Source: Candidatus Latescibacterota bacterium
GTDB lineage: Bacteria; Latescibacterota; UBA2968; UBA8231
Direction: 5' to 3'
Length of the DNA stretch: 64,000 nucleotides
Assembly: GCA_965215195.1 (NCBI GenBank)
Contig: CBDCDC010000002.1
Span: forward strand, 4,416,001-4,480,000
The translations under genes were made by a program, and so were the position numbers. Of the stretch, positions 39,868 to 50,130 are shown piece by piece (the stretch's first letter is position 1; the number at the start of each line of letters is the position of its first letter). The notes beneath the pieces were generated by a model. That model worked only from the letters and a program-made list of their open reading frames with translations, was not told the origin of the DNA and did no database searches.

Positions 39868-40863
39868 TTATCCGGCGCGAAACCCCACTTCGACCCCATC
39901 CCCTATATCGACGGTGGCTCGCAGCACTCGGGGCCGCACTAACTCCGCTGTCTGCGCTACGCCGTCGATCCATATACGGGGAAAGTTGCACCAAGCCGCC
40001 GGCACTTCCGCTTCAAAGGTCAGCTCCTTGCAAGCCACGCCTGCGGGCAGATCGGTGAAAGAAATTTGATACCGTTGCTCATCGGCACTGTCGCCAACAA
40101 CGTCAATGGCGGCATGACGCCGGCTCAGATGATAGAACACGACTTCTTCGGGCACGGCGCACCAGACTTCGTCGCCGCCCTCTGCAAGCACCGTTTCCAA
40201 GCGCTTGCGCAGCTGGGCTGCGGAGCAATCCTTGTTGATGTGGATGGGCACTTCGAGCGGGCAGTGGCAGTAATCGATGACCCAACCGCAGTACTGGCGG
40301 GCGGGGAGAATGTTGCGGAAGGGATCGTGTTTGCTGAAGAAAGGAGGGGGGTATTCGTGGATCAGAGGACTGCGGTCGAGCCAATAGCACTCGTCCGCAG
40401 GTCGATTTATTCCCTCCCTGATGCTCATGGCACCCAAATAGCCGAGTTGGCGGCAGGCCTCGAGAATGTGTGGGGCCATATTGCGGTTGTTGCCGGGGGC
40501 ACAATACAGCGGCACCGGCGCGTCAATGGCTTGCTCTAAAACCTCCTTGGCCACGCGCAGCTCCTGATCGACCATCTCGGGTGCGATAAAGCCGTGAGTC
40601 CACGAGTGATTGCCGACGCCCCAGCCGCGCGCGATCAGGTCTTTGAGCTCCTCGGCATTCATGTGCCGGTAGCCATTGAAGCTCGACCCGGCGACCCGGC
40701 GCACTTCCCCCATTTGCCCGACGACCACTTCCAAGTGCCCGGGAATACCGCATTCTTCGTGATAGGGCACGGCAAAACGGTGCAAATCGACTAGGGCCTC
40801 GTCGTAGGTAATGGAGTAAACCCAGCGTTTGCCGTATTTCCAATCGCAAATGCGCAGCGACAT
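39868..40863 (-). CDS. polysaccharide deacetylase (NodB-like) family protein, paralogue 2
   Basis: SITYDE and GWGVGNHSWTH metal motif; strongly similar to 41077-42078. Confidence 0.8.
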   Translation of the reverse strand: MSLRICDWKYGKRWVYSITYDEALVDLHRFAVPYHEECGIPGHLEVVVGQMGEVRRVAGSSFNGYRHMNAEELKDLIARGWGVGNHSWTHGFIAPEMVDQELRVAKEVLEQAIDAPVPLYCAPGNNRNMAPHILEACRQLGYLGAMSIREGINRPADECYWLDRSPLIHEYPPPFFSKHDPFRNILPARQYCGWVIDYCHCPLEVPIHINKDCSAAQLRKRLETVLAEGGDEVWCAVPEEVVFYHLSRRHAAIDVVGDSADEQRYQISFTDLPAGVACKELTFEAEVPAAWCNFPRIWIDGVAQTAELVRPRVLRATVDIGDGVEVGFRAG

Positions 40864-40926
40864 AATCAATCCTTTGCAGCGAACGATTTTTAGCCAGTTG
40901 TCGTACTGCGACTCTAACTCAGAAAC

Positions 40927-41075
40927 CTAAGTACACGACCGTAGGGCCTTACCCTCGGATCGAGGGCATCTTGCCCTCGTCGAGGGCGGGACGCCCTCGA
41001 TCCCGGACCCAGCGGAAACAGCAGAAAAGGCGTACTCAAAGTAAGGGGCGCCTACTTTAGGTGTCGTGTAGTTAG
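40927..41075. mobile_element. MITE copy 3 (149 bp) with 9-bp TSD CTCAGAAAC
   Basis: ctcagaaac at 40918-40926 and 41076-41084; ends ctaagtacacgac...gtcgtgtagttag. Confidence 0.88.
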
Positions 41076-41076
41076 C

Positions 41077-42078
41077 TCAGAAACTTAAAGGACGAAATTG
41101 CAACTCCGTCCCATCCTCCGCCTCCACCGTCGCCCGCAGCAGGCGAGGGCGCACCACCGAGGCCGACCGCGGCACCCCGTTTACCCACACTCGGGGCGAA
41201 TTGCACCAAGCCGCCGGCACCTCCACTTCAAAGGTCAACTCCCGGCGCTCAACCCGGATAGGCAACGCCTCATAGCGGATCCGGTATCGTCGTTCGCGAG
41301 CCGTTTCGGCCACGGTTTCGACCACGGCGTGCCGTCGGCACAAGTGATAGGAAACGACCTCTTCGGGCACGGCGCACCAGACTTGGTCCCCGCCCTCTTC
41401 GACGATCGTCTGCAAACGCCGGCGCAATTGCGCTTCCGAGCAGTCTTTGCTGGGGTGAACGGCCTGTTCCAACGGGCAGTGGCAGTAGTCGATAATCCAA
41501 CCCCTCGCTTCTTGGGCCAGCAGAATATGGCGGAACGGGTCGTAAGCACTGTAAAAGGGTGCCTCATAGCGCTCGTGCAACGGCGTGCGATTGAGGTAGT
41601 ACAATTCATCGCGCACCGCGTTCACCCCATCCGTTATGCTCATGGCGCCCAAGTAACCAAGTTGGCGACAGGCGTCCAGCACATAGTCGGACATATTTTC
41701 ATTGCCGTTGGGGGCGCAGTACAGCAGCACCGGAGCACCGATAGCCTGTTCTATAACATCGCGCGACAGGCGGATTTCCCGATCGACCATATCGGGCCTG
41801 ATAAAGTGGTGACTCCAGCCGTGGCTACCCACGCCCCAGCCGCGGGCGAGCAAATCCTTGAGCTCCTCGCCATTCATGTGCCGGTAGCCGTTGAAGCTCG
41901 AAGTGCCGATATTGCGGATTTCGCCGATCTGCTGGGCCACGGCCTCTACGTGTCCGGGAATGCCGAATTCTTCGTGATGGGGAATGGCAAAGCGGTGTAG
42001 ATCGGCCAGCGCCTCGTCGTAGGTAATCGAATAGACCCAATTCTTGCCGTATTTCCAGTCGCAGATGCGCAGGGCCAT
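41077..42078 (-). CDS. polysaccharide deacetylase (NodB-like) family protein, paralogue 1
   Basis: SITYDE, GWGVGSHGWSH and IDYCHCP motifs. Confidence 0.8.
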   Translation of the reverse strand: MALRICDWKYGKNWVYSITYDEALADLHRFAIPHHEEFGIPGHVEAVAQQIGEIRNIGTSSFNGYRHMNGEELKDLLARGWGVGSHGWSHHFIRPDMVDREIRLSRDVIEQAIGAPVLLYCAPNGNENMSDYVLDACRQLGYLGAMSITDGVNAVRDELYYLNRTPLHERYEAPFYSAYDPFRHILLAQEARGWIIDYCHCPLEQAVHPSKDCSEAQLRRRLQTIVEEGGDQVWCAVPEEVVSYHLCRRHAVVETVAETARERRYRIRYEALPIRVERRELTFEVEVPAAWCNSPRVWVNGVPRSASVVRPRLLRATVEAEDGTELQFRPLSF

Positions 42079-42106
42079 AGTTCCGTCGTCTTTGTTCGGC
42101 TAGGCT

Positions 42107-42892
42107 TTATTTATCTAGCGCTGCAACGGCGGTCTGGAAATCCGCCCAAGTGGTGGAATAACCTACGGCTATTTCAAAGCGGTGAATGCCATAACGCGTG
42201 GCCAGACGCTCGGGAAAGGTATCGGGCGTTTCCACGCCTACCGTGCCGTCGCGCATGAGGATACAGCGGTAGCCCGCCCGCAGCATGGGGCGGCCCCCTC
42301 CCTCTGAGTTGAGAATGCACATATCCGCGGCAAAGCCCGTATAGATGAGGGTCTCGACGCCGCGCTCTTGCAGGTATGCGTCGAGCTGGTCGGTGTAAAA
42401 GACGAGGGGCTCGTCCCCCAGCGGCTCGACGATTTTGGCCCTTTTCATACGCGCAGCGGGCGATTTGGCCAGATCGACGCCGGTTGATCTTTTTTCGATG
42501 GTTTGGAATTCGCCGGAGCGGGCGATGGCCCAGCGGTCCGACGGGTGCTGGTTTTCCCGGGTGCGGCGAGAAGGCACTTGGGGGTAGTGCTTGTCAAAAT
42601 CCTCGGGCTCGACGTGGCACACCGGCATACCAAGCCGCCGGGCGATATCCATGGCCGGCCGGATCACTTCTTTCATAACGCGCCAAGATTCTTCGATGGC
42701 CTGAGGCCAGCCCATGCCGGTGACGTAGTTGACGTCGATCTCAGGGCCATCGGGCAGCCCCACATTCCAGCAGTGCAAACCAATGAGCGCCGTGCGTTCC
42801 ACTGGCAACTCGAAGACGTCCTCTGCGTAGCCGGCTTTGTCTATGGGCAGGGCGCGGTAATGGCGAGTCTTGAGTTTAAGCGTCTTACTCAT
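42107..42892 (-). CDS. isochorismatase-like cysteine hydrolase
   Basis: RTALIGL, PVCHV, LQERGVETLIYTGFAADMC and LMRDGT motifs. Confidence 0.75.
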   Translation of the reverse strand: MSKTLKLKTRHYRALPIDKAGYAEDVFELPVERTALIGLHCWNVGLPDGPEIDVNYVTGMGWPQAIEESWRVMKEVIRPAMDIARRLGMPVCHVEPEDFDKHYPQVPSRRTRENQHPSDRWAIARSGEFQTIEKRSTGVDLAKSPAARMKRAKIVEPLGDEPLVFYTDQLDAYLQERGVETLIYTGFAADMCILNSEGGGRPMLRAGYRCILMRDGTVGVETPDTFPERLATRYGIHRFEIAVGYSTTWADFQTAVAALDK

Positions 42893-42897
42893 CGGAC

Positions 42898-44157
42898 CTA
42901 CCCCTCCCGATTTCGGTCCGCCACTTCTTCGACGATGGCCGCGATCCTCTCTACGTGTTCATCTTCCCATTTTTCGCTAATTGAGCAGGTGCGGATCCAG
43001 TTTTCGAGAAAAGCCCAAGCCGTGGGGCAAGTAGCGGAACTGTAGTGATGCACACGCGAGGCCGGCGGCCGCGAAAACGGGTACTTGTTGGCGTCCACGT
43101 ATTCCTGGAGAAAGGTGAGGGCGGCGGGCATCAGGTAATACTTGCCCTGGCCCGCTCCATTTATTCCAGCTTCTAGTACTTGGGTGGCAAACTCCTCGCC
43201 CGTGCATTTGAAGGCCTCTGGGTCGATGCTAAAGCTGGACATCCAAGCGGAATACTTGGTGACGTAGTCGGGAATGGGCAATGGCGTAATGCCGGCAATA
43301 GAGGAGAGCTTCTCCGTGATCAGACGCGCCGTGCGATCGATCTTGTCGACCTGAGCGCGGATGGTCTCCAGTTGACCGAGGCACAGCGCCGCGGTCATGC
43401 GGCTCATATCGTAGGCGTGCCCAAAGGCCGTGTGGGTGCGGCCGAAGTGGGGCACATCCACCCCGGCGCGGCCCGAGCTGAGGAAGCGCACTTTTTCCGC
43501 TAGTTCGTCATCGTCAGTAGCGATGCAACCCCCTTTATCCGAGCTGAAGGTTTTCTCCGAATCGAGAGAGAAGGCCGAGGCCGTCCCGAGGGTGCCGACG
43601 GTGCGCCCCTTGTATTCGCTGAATATGGCCTGACAGACGTCCTCGTACACGATCAGCCCGTGTTTGGCGGCCAATTCGTTGATCGGGTCCATATCGTTGG
43701 GCAGGCCACATTTATGCACCGCCAAAATTGCCCGCGTGCGGTCGGTGATGCAGGGCTCTATGGTCGCGGCACTGAAATTGACCGTGCCCGGTGCCGTATC
43801 GGCAAAAACGGGAATATAGTTGTGCATGAGTACGCCATAGACGGTGCCGTAATCGGTGAGCGGGCTGATGATGACCTCGTCGCCGGGATCGAAGTCAAAG
43901 GCCAGTGCCAGAGCGGCCATGGCCGTGGTGCAGGTGGGGGTGGCGATGCAGTGCTTGACGCCTAGTTCGGCGGCGAACGCCTGCTCAAACTCGCCCACTG
44001 AATCGCAGCGTAGCCCCGAATCCAATACCTCCTGTACGTACTTCAGACTATTGGGCCCTATGGTGCGGGGAAAGAGAGGAGGCACGATGCCTTCGCTGCT
44101 GTGGGCGTCGGCCCCGCGCTTGGTGGGCTTGTGAGCCGGTGCTAATTGCTGGGACAT
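42898..44157 (-). CDS. DegT/DnrJ/EryC1/StrS PLP-dependent aminotransferase
   Basis: FEQAFA, PGDEVI, PVFAD, RTRAILAVH, EDVCQ and FSLDSEK...KGG motifs. Confidence 0.85.
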   Translation of the reverse strand: MSQQLAPAHKPTKRGADAHSSEGIVPPLFPRTIGPNSLKYVQEVLDSGLRCDSVGEFEQAFAAELGVKHCIATPTCTTAMAALALAFDFDPGDEVIISPLTDYGTVYGVLMHNYIPVFADTAPGTVNFSAATIEPCITDRTRAILAVHKCGLPNDMDPINELAAKHGLIVYEDVCQAIFSEYKGRTVGTLGTASAFSLDSEKTFSSDKGGCIATDDDELAEKVRFLSSGRAGVDVPHFGRTHTAFGHAYDMSRMTAALCLGQLETIRAQVDKIDRTARLITEKLSSIAGITPLPIPDYVTKYSAWMSSFSIDPEAFKCTGEEFATQVLEAGINGAGQGKYYLMPAALTFLQEYVDANKYPFSRPPASRVHHYSSATCPTAWAFLENWIRTCSISEKWEDEHVERIAAIVEEVADRNREG

Positions 44158-44254
44158 TAGACTCTCCTATGATCGATTTGAAGCGCCGCATTTTTTCGGT
44201 CGTTGCGACCCAACCTATCCCTTTCGTCTATCGGGTGTCAAGTGCGGCTCAGCT

Positions 44255-45028
44255 CTATGGCCGTTCGCGCTCAGCTTGCTTTAGATGTTGAAAATCCCGC
44301 AATAACCGCTGACCTTCTTCCCGACGCCCCTGTTTGAGATAAAGCTGAGCTAGACGGTAGTGGGTGGAAATGTGGCGGGGGTCTCTTTTGAGTGCTTGCT
44401 GGTAGAGATGGGCAGCCTCTGTTTGCTCTCCCTGCTTCTCCAAGACAGCCCCTAGACGGCAATAGGGGTCGGCAAACTCGGAATTCACCTGAATGGCCTG
44501 CTGGAAATAGCTTCTGGCAGCTTCCAATTCGTTTTCTCGCTCACTGACCAGCCCTAGATCGTAGTAGATCTTGGCCCGTTTTACTCCCAACTCAAGAGCG
44601 CGTCCATAGGCCCTCTTGGCTTGGGCATAATCGCAAAGATCCATGTAGGTTTTTCCGAGATGCATGAGGAAAACCCCATTCTCGGGTGCTTGGGCGATGG
44701 CCTTTTTGTAGTACGGAATGGCTTTCCCCGATCTTCGCTGCAGCGTATAGGCCAAACCGATCTGGTCCAAGGCCCGGGCAAAATCTGGCTTCAGACGTAC
44801 TGCTTGGCTGAATTCTCGGACCGCTTCTTCATACTGACCATTCTGCAGGTAGCGACGACCGCGACGATAGTAAACCTCGGCGGCAATCTGCTCCTCTGGT
44901 TCGATCTTTAAGGGTTTTTGCACGTTGTGTAACTGTTGTTCTTTTTGCCCGCAGCCGATCCATCCCCAACTGCCTATAAAAAGAGCTAGGAGCATCGATA
45001 CTCTTAGAAGTGAAGTGCCCCTCGGCAT
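44255..45028 (-). CDS. TPR-repeat lipoprotein
   Basis: Signal peptide ending WIGC; about six TPR units. Confidence 0.8.
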   Translation of the reverse strand: MPRGTSLLRVSMLLALFIGSWGWIGCGQKEQQLHNVQKPLKIEPEEQIAAEVYYRRGRRYLQNGQYEEAVREFSQAVRLKPDFARALDQIGLAYTLQRRSGKAIPYYKKAIAQAPENGVFLMHLGKTYMDLCDYAQAKRAYGRALELGVKRAKIYYDLGLVSERENELEAARSYFQQAIQVNSEFADPYCRLGAVLEKQGEQTEAAHLYQQALKRDPRHISTHYRLAQLYLKQGRREEGQRLLRDFQHLKQAERERP

Positions 45029-45269
45029 GAGTTGTTACGCCCTCCCAAGGGCCGATAGGTTTCGCTGCCCCCATTGTCGCCGTGCCAAGCACTGCGTCCC
45101 CCGCCTACCGGCTTGGTGTAGATCAACGCCCGCCGCTGACTCTTGTATTTATTGTCCCTTTTATCACAAGAGTCAATGCGCCTTGCCCAAAAAATTTTGC
45201 AAAGTACAATCCAATATGGTAGAAAGCCTAATCGCCGTTTCTCGCACGTAACCCCGCAGCAGCAAACCC

Positions 45270-45479
45270 GTGCATCCAGAACAACGCGAAAATACACTGA
45301 GCGAAACCGAGCGGCTGCAACTCGCCCGCCAAGCCTTTGCCGATTACTACGCCCGATGTTTCTGGTATTTGCGCCGGGACTTGGAAATAAGCGTCGGAGA
45401 TATACCCGAGATCGCGCGGGGCTTGCGCCTGCACGGAGGCCAGCAGGGATTTCTCTTGGCCGCTCGCCTATGCCCCTAA
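45270..45479 (+). CDS. small hypothetical protein, putative antitoxin
   Basis: 69 aa with CFW motif; overlaps the start of the downstream nucleotidyltransferase. Confidence 0.55.
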   Translation: MHPEQRENTLSETERLQLARQAFADYYARCFWYLRRDLEISVGDIPEIARGLRLHGGQQGFLLAARLCP

Positions 45480-46261
45480 GCGCGTTTCAGCAATCCATCC
45501 TGCGTTTGTTAGCGCAAAATCGCAGCCCGGAGAGCTATGTAGCTGGTGCTACGGTCCTGCACCAGATTCCCGATAGTCCACGCTTTTCCGATGACCTAGA
45601 TGTGTTCCACGACGTGGAAGACAGCGTCGCACGGAGTGCCGAGTTCGACGTTGCTATACTGGACGCGAATGGCTTTGCGATCGAATGGCTTTTGCGGCAG
45701 CCAGCCTATCTCAGGGCAATCGCGGCGAAGGAAGGACAGTCCCTCAGATTGGAGTGGGCGCAAGATTCCGCCTTCCGCTTCTTTCCGGTTGAACGAGACG
45801 AACTATGCGGTTACCGCCTGCACCGGGCCGACGCAGCGACCAACAAAGTGTTAGCTTTGGCCGGACGCCGAGAGGCGCGCGATTTCATCGACGTTCTGCA
45901 CTTGGACAGCAGCTATCTCTCGTTGGGGGTGCTATGTTGGGCGGCCTGTGGGAAAGATCAGGGATATACGCCGGATTTCTTGCTCGACCAGTTAAATCGC
46001 AATGCGGCTTTTACCCAAGAGGAAATCCAGCCGCTAGACTTGGCGGTCCCCCAGCCGCTACCGGCTCTGAAGCGGCAATGGTGCTCGGCTGTGGAGCGGG
46101 CCGGTAGATTGCTAGCCGCGTTGCCTGCGGGGGAAGTGGGTTGCCTCTATCTCGACAGACAGCAGTCCGTTCCTGTGCAACCCGACCCGACACACGAGGC
46201 ATTTGCCTCGTTGCAACGGCATTTTGGGTCTGTGCGTGGAGCTTGGCCTAAAGCCTATTGA
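45470..46261 (+). CDS. AbiEii-like nucleotidyltransferase (type IV toxin-like)
   Basis: YVAGAT, RFSDDLDVF, NKVLA and RREARDFID motifs; ATG at 45470. Confidence 0.7.
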   Translation: MPLSAFQQSILRLLAQNRSPESYVAGATVLHQIPDSPRFSDDLDVFHDVEDSVARSAEFDVAILDANGFAIEWLLRQPAYLRAIAAKEGQSLRLEWAQDSAFRFFPVERDELCGYRLHRADAATNKVLALAGRREARDFIDVLHLDSSYLSLGVLCWAACGKDQGYTPDFLLDQLNRNAAFTQEEIQPLDLAVPQPLPALKRQWCSAVERAGRLLAALPAGEVGCLYLDRQQSVPVQPDPTHEAFASLQRHFGSVRGAWPKAY

Positions 46262-46321
46262 TTGCTCAACTATGAGTGCGCGAAGTCCGGCCGAAAGTAT
46301 GCTACATAAGGTCACAAAAGA

Positions 46322-46358
46322 GAAAGCCCCCGACGCCATACCAGCGTCGGGGGCTTTC
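46322..46358. terminator. bidirectional hairpin terminator between convergent genes
   Basis: Perfect 15-bp stem gaaagcccccgacgc/gcgtcgggggctttc. Confidence 0.75.
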
Positions 46359-46434
46359 CCGTTAGATGCGACGGCACTCAGGCGATGGCCCTCATGGAGC
46401 CAACCGCCGCTAACGCGATAAGTTGGCTTTCCCG

Positions 46435-47250
46435 TTAGGCGATGGCCGCAAGTGCCTTGCGGGCGAAAACCTTGGCCAAGTGGCGGCGGTACTCTTCGCC
46501 AGCAAAGTGGTCGGCGAGCACCTCCTGTCCGTCGGCCGCCCGGGCGGCCGCAGCCGCGAGTGCTTCCTCGCTCCAGTCGCCGCGGAGGGCCGCTTCAACC
46601 CCGCTATCGCGGAAGGCCGCATTAGCCACGCCCGTAAAGGCCACCTTGACCGCGCCTCCGGCCGCAGCCGCCGCGCAGCCCACGACGGCAAAGCGCGAGG
46701 CTGGATGCGGGAACTTGACATAAGCCGACTTTTCCGCGCCCGGGACCCGCACCTCGGTGATGAGCTCGTCCGGCGCGAGTGCGGTCAAAAACAGATCGAC
46801 GAAAAACTCGTCCGCGGGAATTGCGCGCTCGCCGTCGGGTCCCCTGACGACAATCGCGGCCCCCAACGCCAAGATCGCAGCCGGGTAGTCTGCGGCCGGA
46901 TCGGCGTGGGCCAGCGAGCCGCCAATGGTGCCCTTGTTGCGCACTTGCGGATCGCCGATGACCGAGGCGGCTTGGGCTAGGGCCGAGATGTTGGCACGGA
47001 CCAAACCCGAGGACTCGATCTGGTAGTGGGTGGTGGTCGCACCAATAGCAATGGCGTCGCCATCCTCTCTGATGTAGTTGAGCTCGGCGAGCCGACCAAT
47101 GTCGATCAGCGCACCCGGTGCCGACAGGCGCAGCTTCATGGCCGGCAACAGGCTGTGGCCGCCAGCCAAGAGCTTGGCGTCGTCCGAGAGGAGCTCAATC
47201 GCCTCATCTACTGAAGCGGGACGATGATAGTCAAACGCGACAGGTATCAT
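46435..47250 (-). CDS. coxM: CO/xanthine dehydrogenase FAD subunit
   Basis: AGGHSLLPAMKLR, IGDPQVRNKGTIGGS and HADPAAD motifs. Confidence 0.88.
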   Translation of the reverse strand: MIPVAFDYHRPASVDEAIELLSDDAKLLAGGHSLLPAMKLRLSAPGALIDIGRLAELNYIREDGDAIAIGATTTHYQIESSGLVRANISALAQAASVIGDPQVRNKGTIGGSLAHADPAADYPAAILALGAAIVVRGPDGERAIPADEFFVDLFLTALAPDELITEVRVPGAEKSAYVKFPHPASRFAVVGCAAAAAGGAVKVAFTGVANAAFRDSGVEAALRGDWSEEALAAAAARAADGQEVLADHFAGEEYRRHLAKVFARKALAAIA

Positions 47251-47264
47251 GGTCGGTCTTCTCC

Positions 47265-49637
47265 TTAGCTAACGTGCTGGATGGCCTGCCACACCTTCTG
47301 CGGCGTCAGCGGCATGGCAAGGTCGCGCACACCCAACGGCCACAGGGCGTCGAGCACGGCGTTGACAATGGCCGGCGGCGAGCCAATCGTGCCGGTCTCG
47401 CCAGCGCCCTTGACGCCGAGGGGATTGTGCGGGCAGGGCGTGACAGTGTGGTCGGTTTCAAAGGAAGGCAGGTCGTCGGCGCGCGGCAGGACGTAGTCCA
47501 TATAGGAGCCAGAAATGAGCTGGCCGCTGTCGTCGTACACGGCCTCCTCAAACAGGGCTTGGCCAATGCCGTGCGTAATGCCGCCGGCGACTTGGCCTTC
47601 GACGATCATGGGATTGACGATATTGCCCACGTCGTCAACGGCCACGTAGCGCCGCACCGCAACCACGCCGGTCTCGGCATCCACCTCCACGACCGCTAGG
47701 TGGGCACCGAAGGGAAAAGTAAAATTGGCCGGGTCGTAGAAGCTGGTAAACTCCAGCCCCGGCTCCAGCCCCTCGGGAAAATTGTGCGGCACGTACGCGG
47801 CCAGCGCGACCTCCGCAAAGGAAATCGACTGATCGGTGCCCTTAACCGCCCAACGGCCCGCGGCGAATTCGAGGTCCTCTTCGGCCGCTTCGAGCAGGTG
47901 GGCGGCGATCTTGGCCCCCTTCTCCTTGATCTTGTCCATGCTCTTGACGATGGCCGTGCCGCCGACGGCCAGCGAGCGCGACCCATAGGTGCCCATGCCA
48001 AAGGGCACGGACTCGGTGTCGCCGTGAATGATGTCCACGTCTTCGAGTGCCACGCCCAACCCGTCGGCCACCACTTGGGCAAAGGTCGTCTCGTGGCCCT
48101 GCCCGTGCGAGTGGCTGCCGGTGAAGACGGTGACCTTGCCGGTGGGCTGGACGCGGACGCCCGCGCTCTCAAAGAGGCCGGCGCGCGCCCCCAACGCGCC
48201 GACCACGGCCGAGGGCGCAATGCCGCAGGCTTCGATATAAGTCGACAAGCCAATGCCTAAATAGCGGCCATTGCCGGCGGCGCGGGCCTTGGCCTGCTCT
48301 TGGCGCAGTTCGTCGTACCCGATGGCCGCGAGGGCCTTGTCGAGCGCGGCCTCGTAGTTGCCGCTGTCGTATTGCAGGGCCACTTGGGTCTGATAGCCTT
48401 CCTGCTCGACGCCGTCAAAGGGCGGGATGAAGTTTTTGCGCCGCAGTTGGGCCGGGTCGCGGCCCGTCTCCAAGGCGGCTTGCTCAACTGTGCGCTCGAG
48501 AACGTACGTGGCCTCGGGGCGGCCTGCGCCGCGCAGGGCATCAACCGGGGTGGTGTTGGTGAAGACGCCGGTTACATCGACGTGAACCGCCGGGGTCGTG
48601 TACAGCCCCTGCAAGAGCGTGCCGTAGAGATACGTGGGTACGCAGGGCGCAAAGGTCGATAGGTACGCGCCTAAGTTGGCGACGGTTTTGACCTGCAGGC
48701 CCACGAAGTGGCCGTCGGCGTCGAGCCCGAGATCGACCTTGGTGTGGTGATCGCGGCCGTGGGCGTCGGTGAGAAATGCTTCGCTGCGGCTGGCAGTCCA
48801 CTTGACCGGGCGGCCAATCTGGCGCGAGCACCACGTGACGAGAACCTCTTCGGCGTAGTGAAAAATTTTAGAACCAAAGCCGCCGCCGACATCCGGCGAC
48901 ACCACGCGCACCTTGTGCTCGGGCAGGTTTAGGACAAACGCCGTCAGCAGCAGGCGGATGACGTGGGGGTTCTGCGACGAGGTGTAGAGCGTGTAGTGGT
49001 CGCGTGCGCCGTCGTAATCGCCAATGGCGCAGCGCGGCTCAATTGCGTTGGGAATGAGCCGCTGATTGTCAAACTCCAAGGTGGTGACGTGCGCGGCACT
49101 GGCCAAGGCCGCGTCCGTGGCCGCTTGATCGCCGAGCTCCCAATCGAAAGGCGTGTTGTTGGGCACGTCGTCGAACAACTGGGGCGCACCCTCTTCTATT
49201 GCTTGGGTTGCCGCGACGACTGCGTCCAAGACTTCGTACTCTACGTCCACCAACTCGGCCGCATCCGCGGCTTGCTCGCGGCTTTCGGCCAAGACGATGG
49301 CGACCGGGTCGCCGACGTGGCGCACCTTAGACGCGGCCAGCACCGGATGGGCTGGCTCCTTCATGGTGTCGCCGTTTTTGAAATCCACCTGCCAGCCGCA
49401 GGGCAGGCCGCTGACGCCAGCCGCTTCGAGGTCGGCCCCGGTAAAGACGGCGACCACGCCAGCCGCGGCAGCCGCGGCCGTTGTATCGACGCCCTTGAGC
49501 GCGGCGTGGGCATGCGGGCTGCGCACGATGGCCGCAAAGGTCGAGTTGGGCAGGGCAATGTCATCGGTGTAGCGGCCCTTGCCGGTGATAAAGCGCTGAT
49601 CTTCGACGCGCTTGACGGATTGTCCTATGAGTCCCAT
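47265..49637 (-). CDS. coxL: form II CoxL-like molybdopterin-binding subunit
   Basis: [17 protein letters not shown] (form II-type loop), HGQGHET, GTYGSRS and GVKGAGE motifs. Confidence 0.88.
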   Translation of the reverse strand: MGLIGQSVKRVEDQRFITGKGRYTDDIALPNSTFAAIVRSPHAHAALKGVDTTAAAAAAGVVAVFTGADLEAAGVSGLPCGWQVDFKNGDTMKEPAHPVLAASKVRHVGDPVAIVLAESREQAADAAELVDVEYEVLDAVVAATQAIEEGAPQLFDDVPNNTPFDWELGDQAATDAALASAAHVTTLEFDNQRLIPNAIEPRCAIGDYDGARDHYTLYTSSQNPHVIRLLLTAFVLNLPEHKVRVVSPDVGGGFGSKIFHYAEEVLVTWCSRQIGRPVKWTASRSEAFLTDAHGRDHHTKVDLGLDADGHFVGLQVKTVANLGAYLSTFAPCVPTYLYGTLLQGLYTTPAVHVDVTGVFTNTTPVDALRGAGRPEATYVLERTVEQAALETGRDPAQLRRKNFIPPFDGVEQEGYQTQVALQYDSGNYEAALDKALAAIGYDELRQEQAKARAAGNGRYLGIGLSTYIEACGIAPSAVVGALGARAGLFESAGVRVQPTGKVTVFTGSHSHGQGHETTFAQVVADGLGVALEDVDIIHGDTESVPFGMGTYGSRSLAVGGTAIVKSMDKIKEKGAKIAAHLLEAAEEDLEFAAGRWAVKGTDQSISFAEVALAAYVPHNFPEGLEPGLEFTSFYDPANFTFPFGAHLAVVEVDAETGVVAVRRYVAVDDVGNIVNPMIVEGQVAGGITHGIGQALFEEAVYDDSGQLISGSYMDYVLPRADDLPSFETDHTVTPCPHNPLGVKGAGETGTIGSPPAIVNAVLDALWPLGVRDLAMPLTPQKVWQAIQHVS

Positions 49638-49646
49638 AGCAGCCTC

Positions 49647-50111
49647 CTATGCGCTCTCGGCGGCGCGTTGGACCGCCTTGATGATGTTGTCGTAGCCCGT
49701 GCAGCGGCAGAAGTTGCCTTCGAGCGCGTGGCGGATCTCCGCGTCGCTGGGCATTGCATTGCGCTCTAGCAACTGCCAAGCGGCCATAATCATGCCGGGC
49801 GTGCAAAAGCCGCACTGCAAGCCGTGGGTCTCGCGGAAGGCTTCCTGTAACGGATGCAGCGTGCCGTTGGCTGCAAGCCCTTCGATGGTCGTTATCTCCG
49901 CGCCATCGGCTTGCGCCGCGAGCATGGTGCAGACCTTGACGGCTTGGCCATCGACGACAGCGGTACAGGCACCGCAGTTGCTGGTGTCGCAGCCGACGTG
50001 CGTGCCCGTCAGGCCCAACTCATCGCGCAGATAGCTGACGAGCATCTGGCGCGGCTCCACCTCGTGCTCGTGGGTCTGGCCATTGACCGTGACCTTGATT
50101 GCTACTGCCAT
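49647..50111 (-). CDS. coxS: 2Fe-2S subunit
   Basis: [18 protein letters not shown] and CRCTGY motifs; ATG 50111 after AAGGAGG. Confidence 0.9.
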   Translation of the reverse strand: MAVAIKVTVNGQTHEHEVEPRQMLVSYLRDELGLTGTHVGCDTSNCGACTAVVDGQAVKVCTMLAAQADGAEITTIEGLAANGTLHPLQEAFRETHGLQCGFCTPGMIMAAWQLLERNAMPSDAEIRHALEGNFCRCTGYDNIIKAVQRAAESA

Positions 50112-50130
50112 AGTCGCCTCCTTGAATAAA

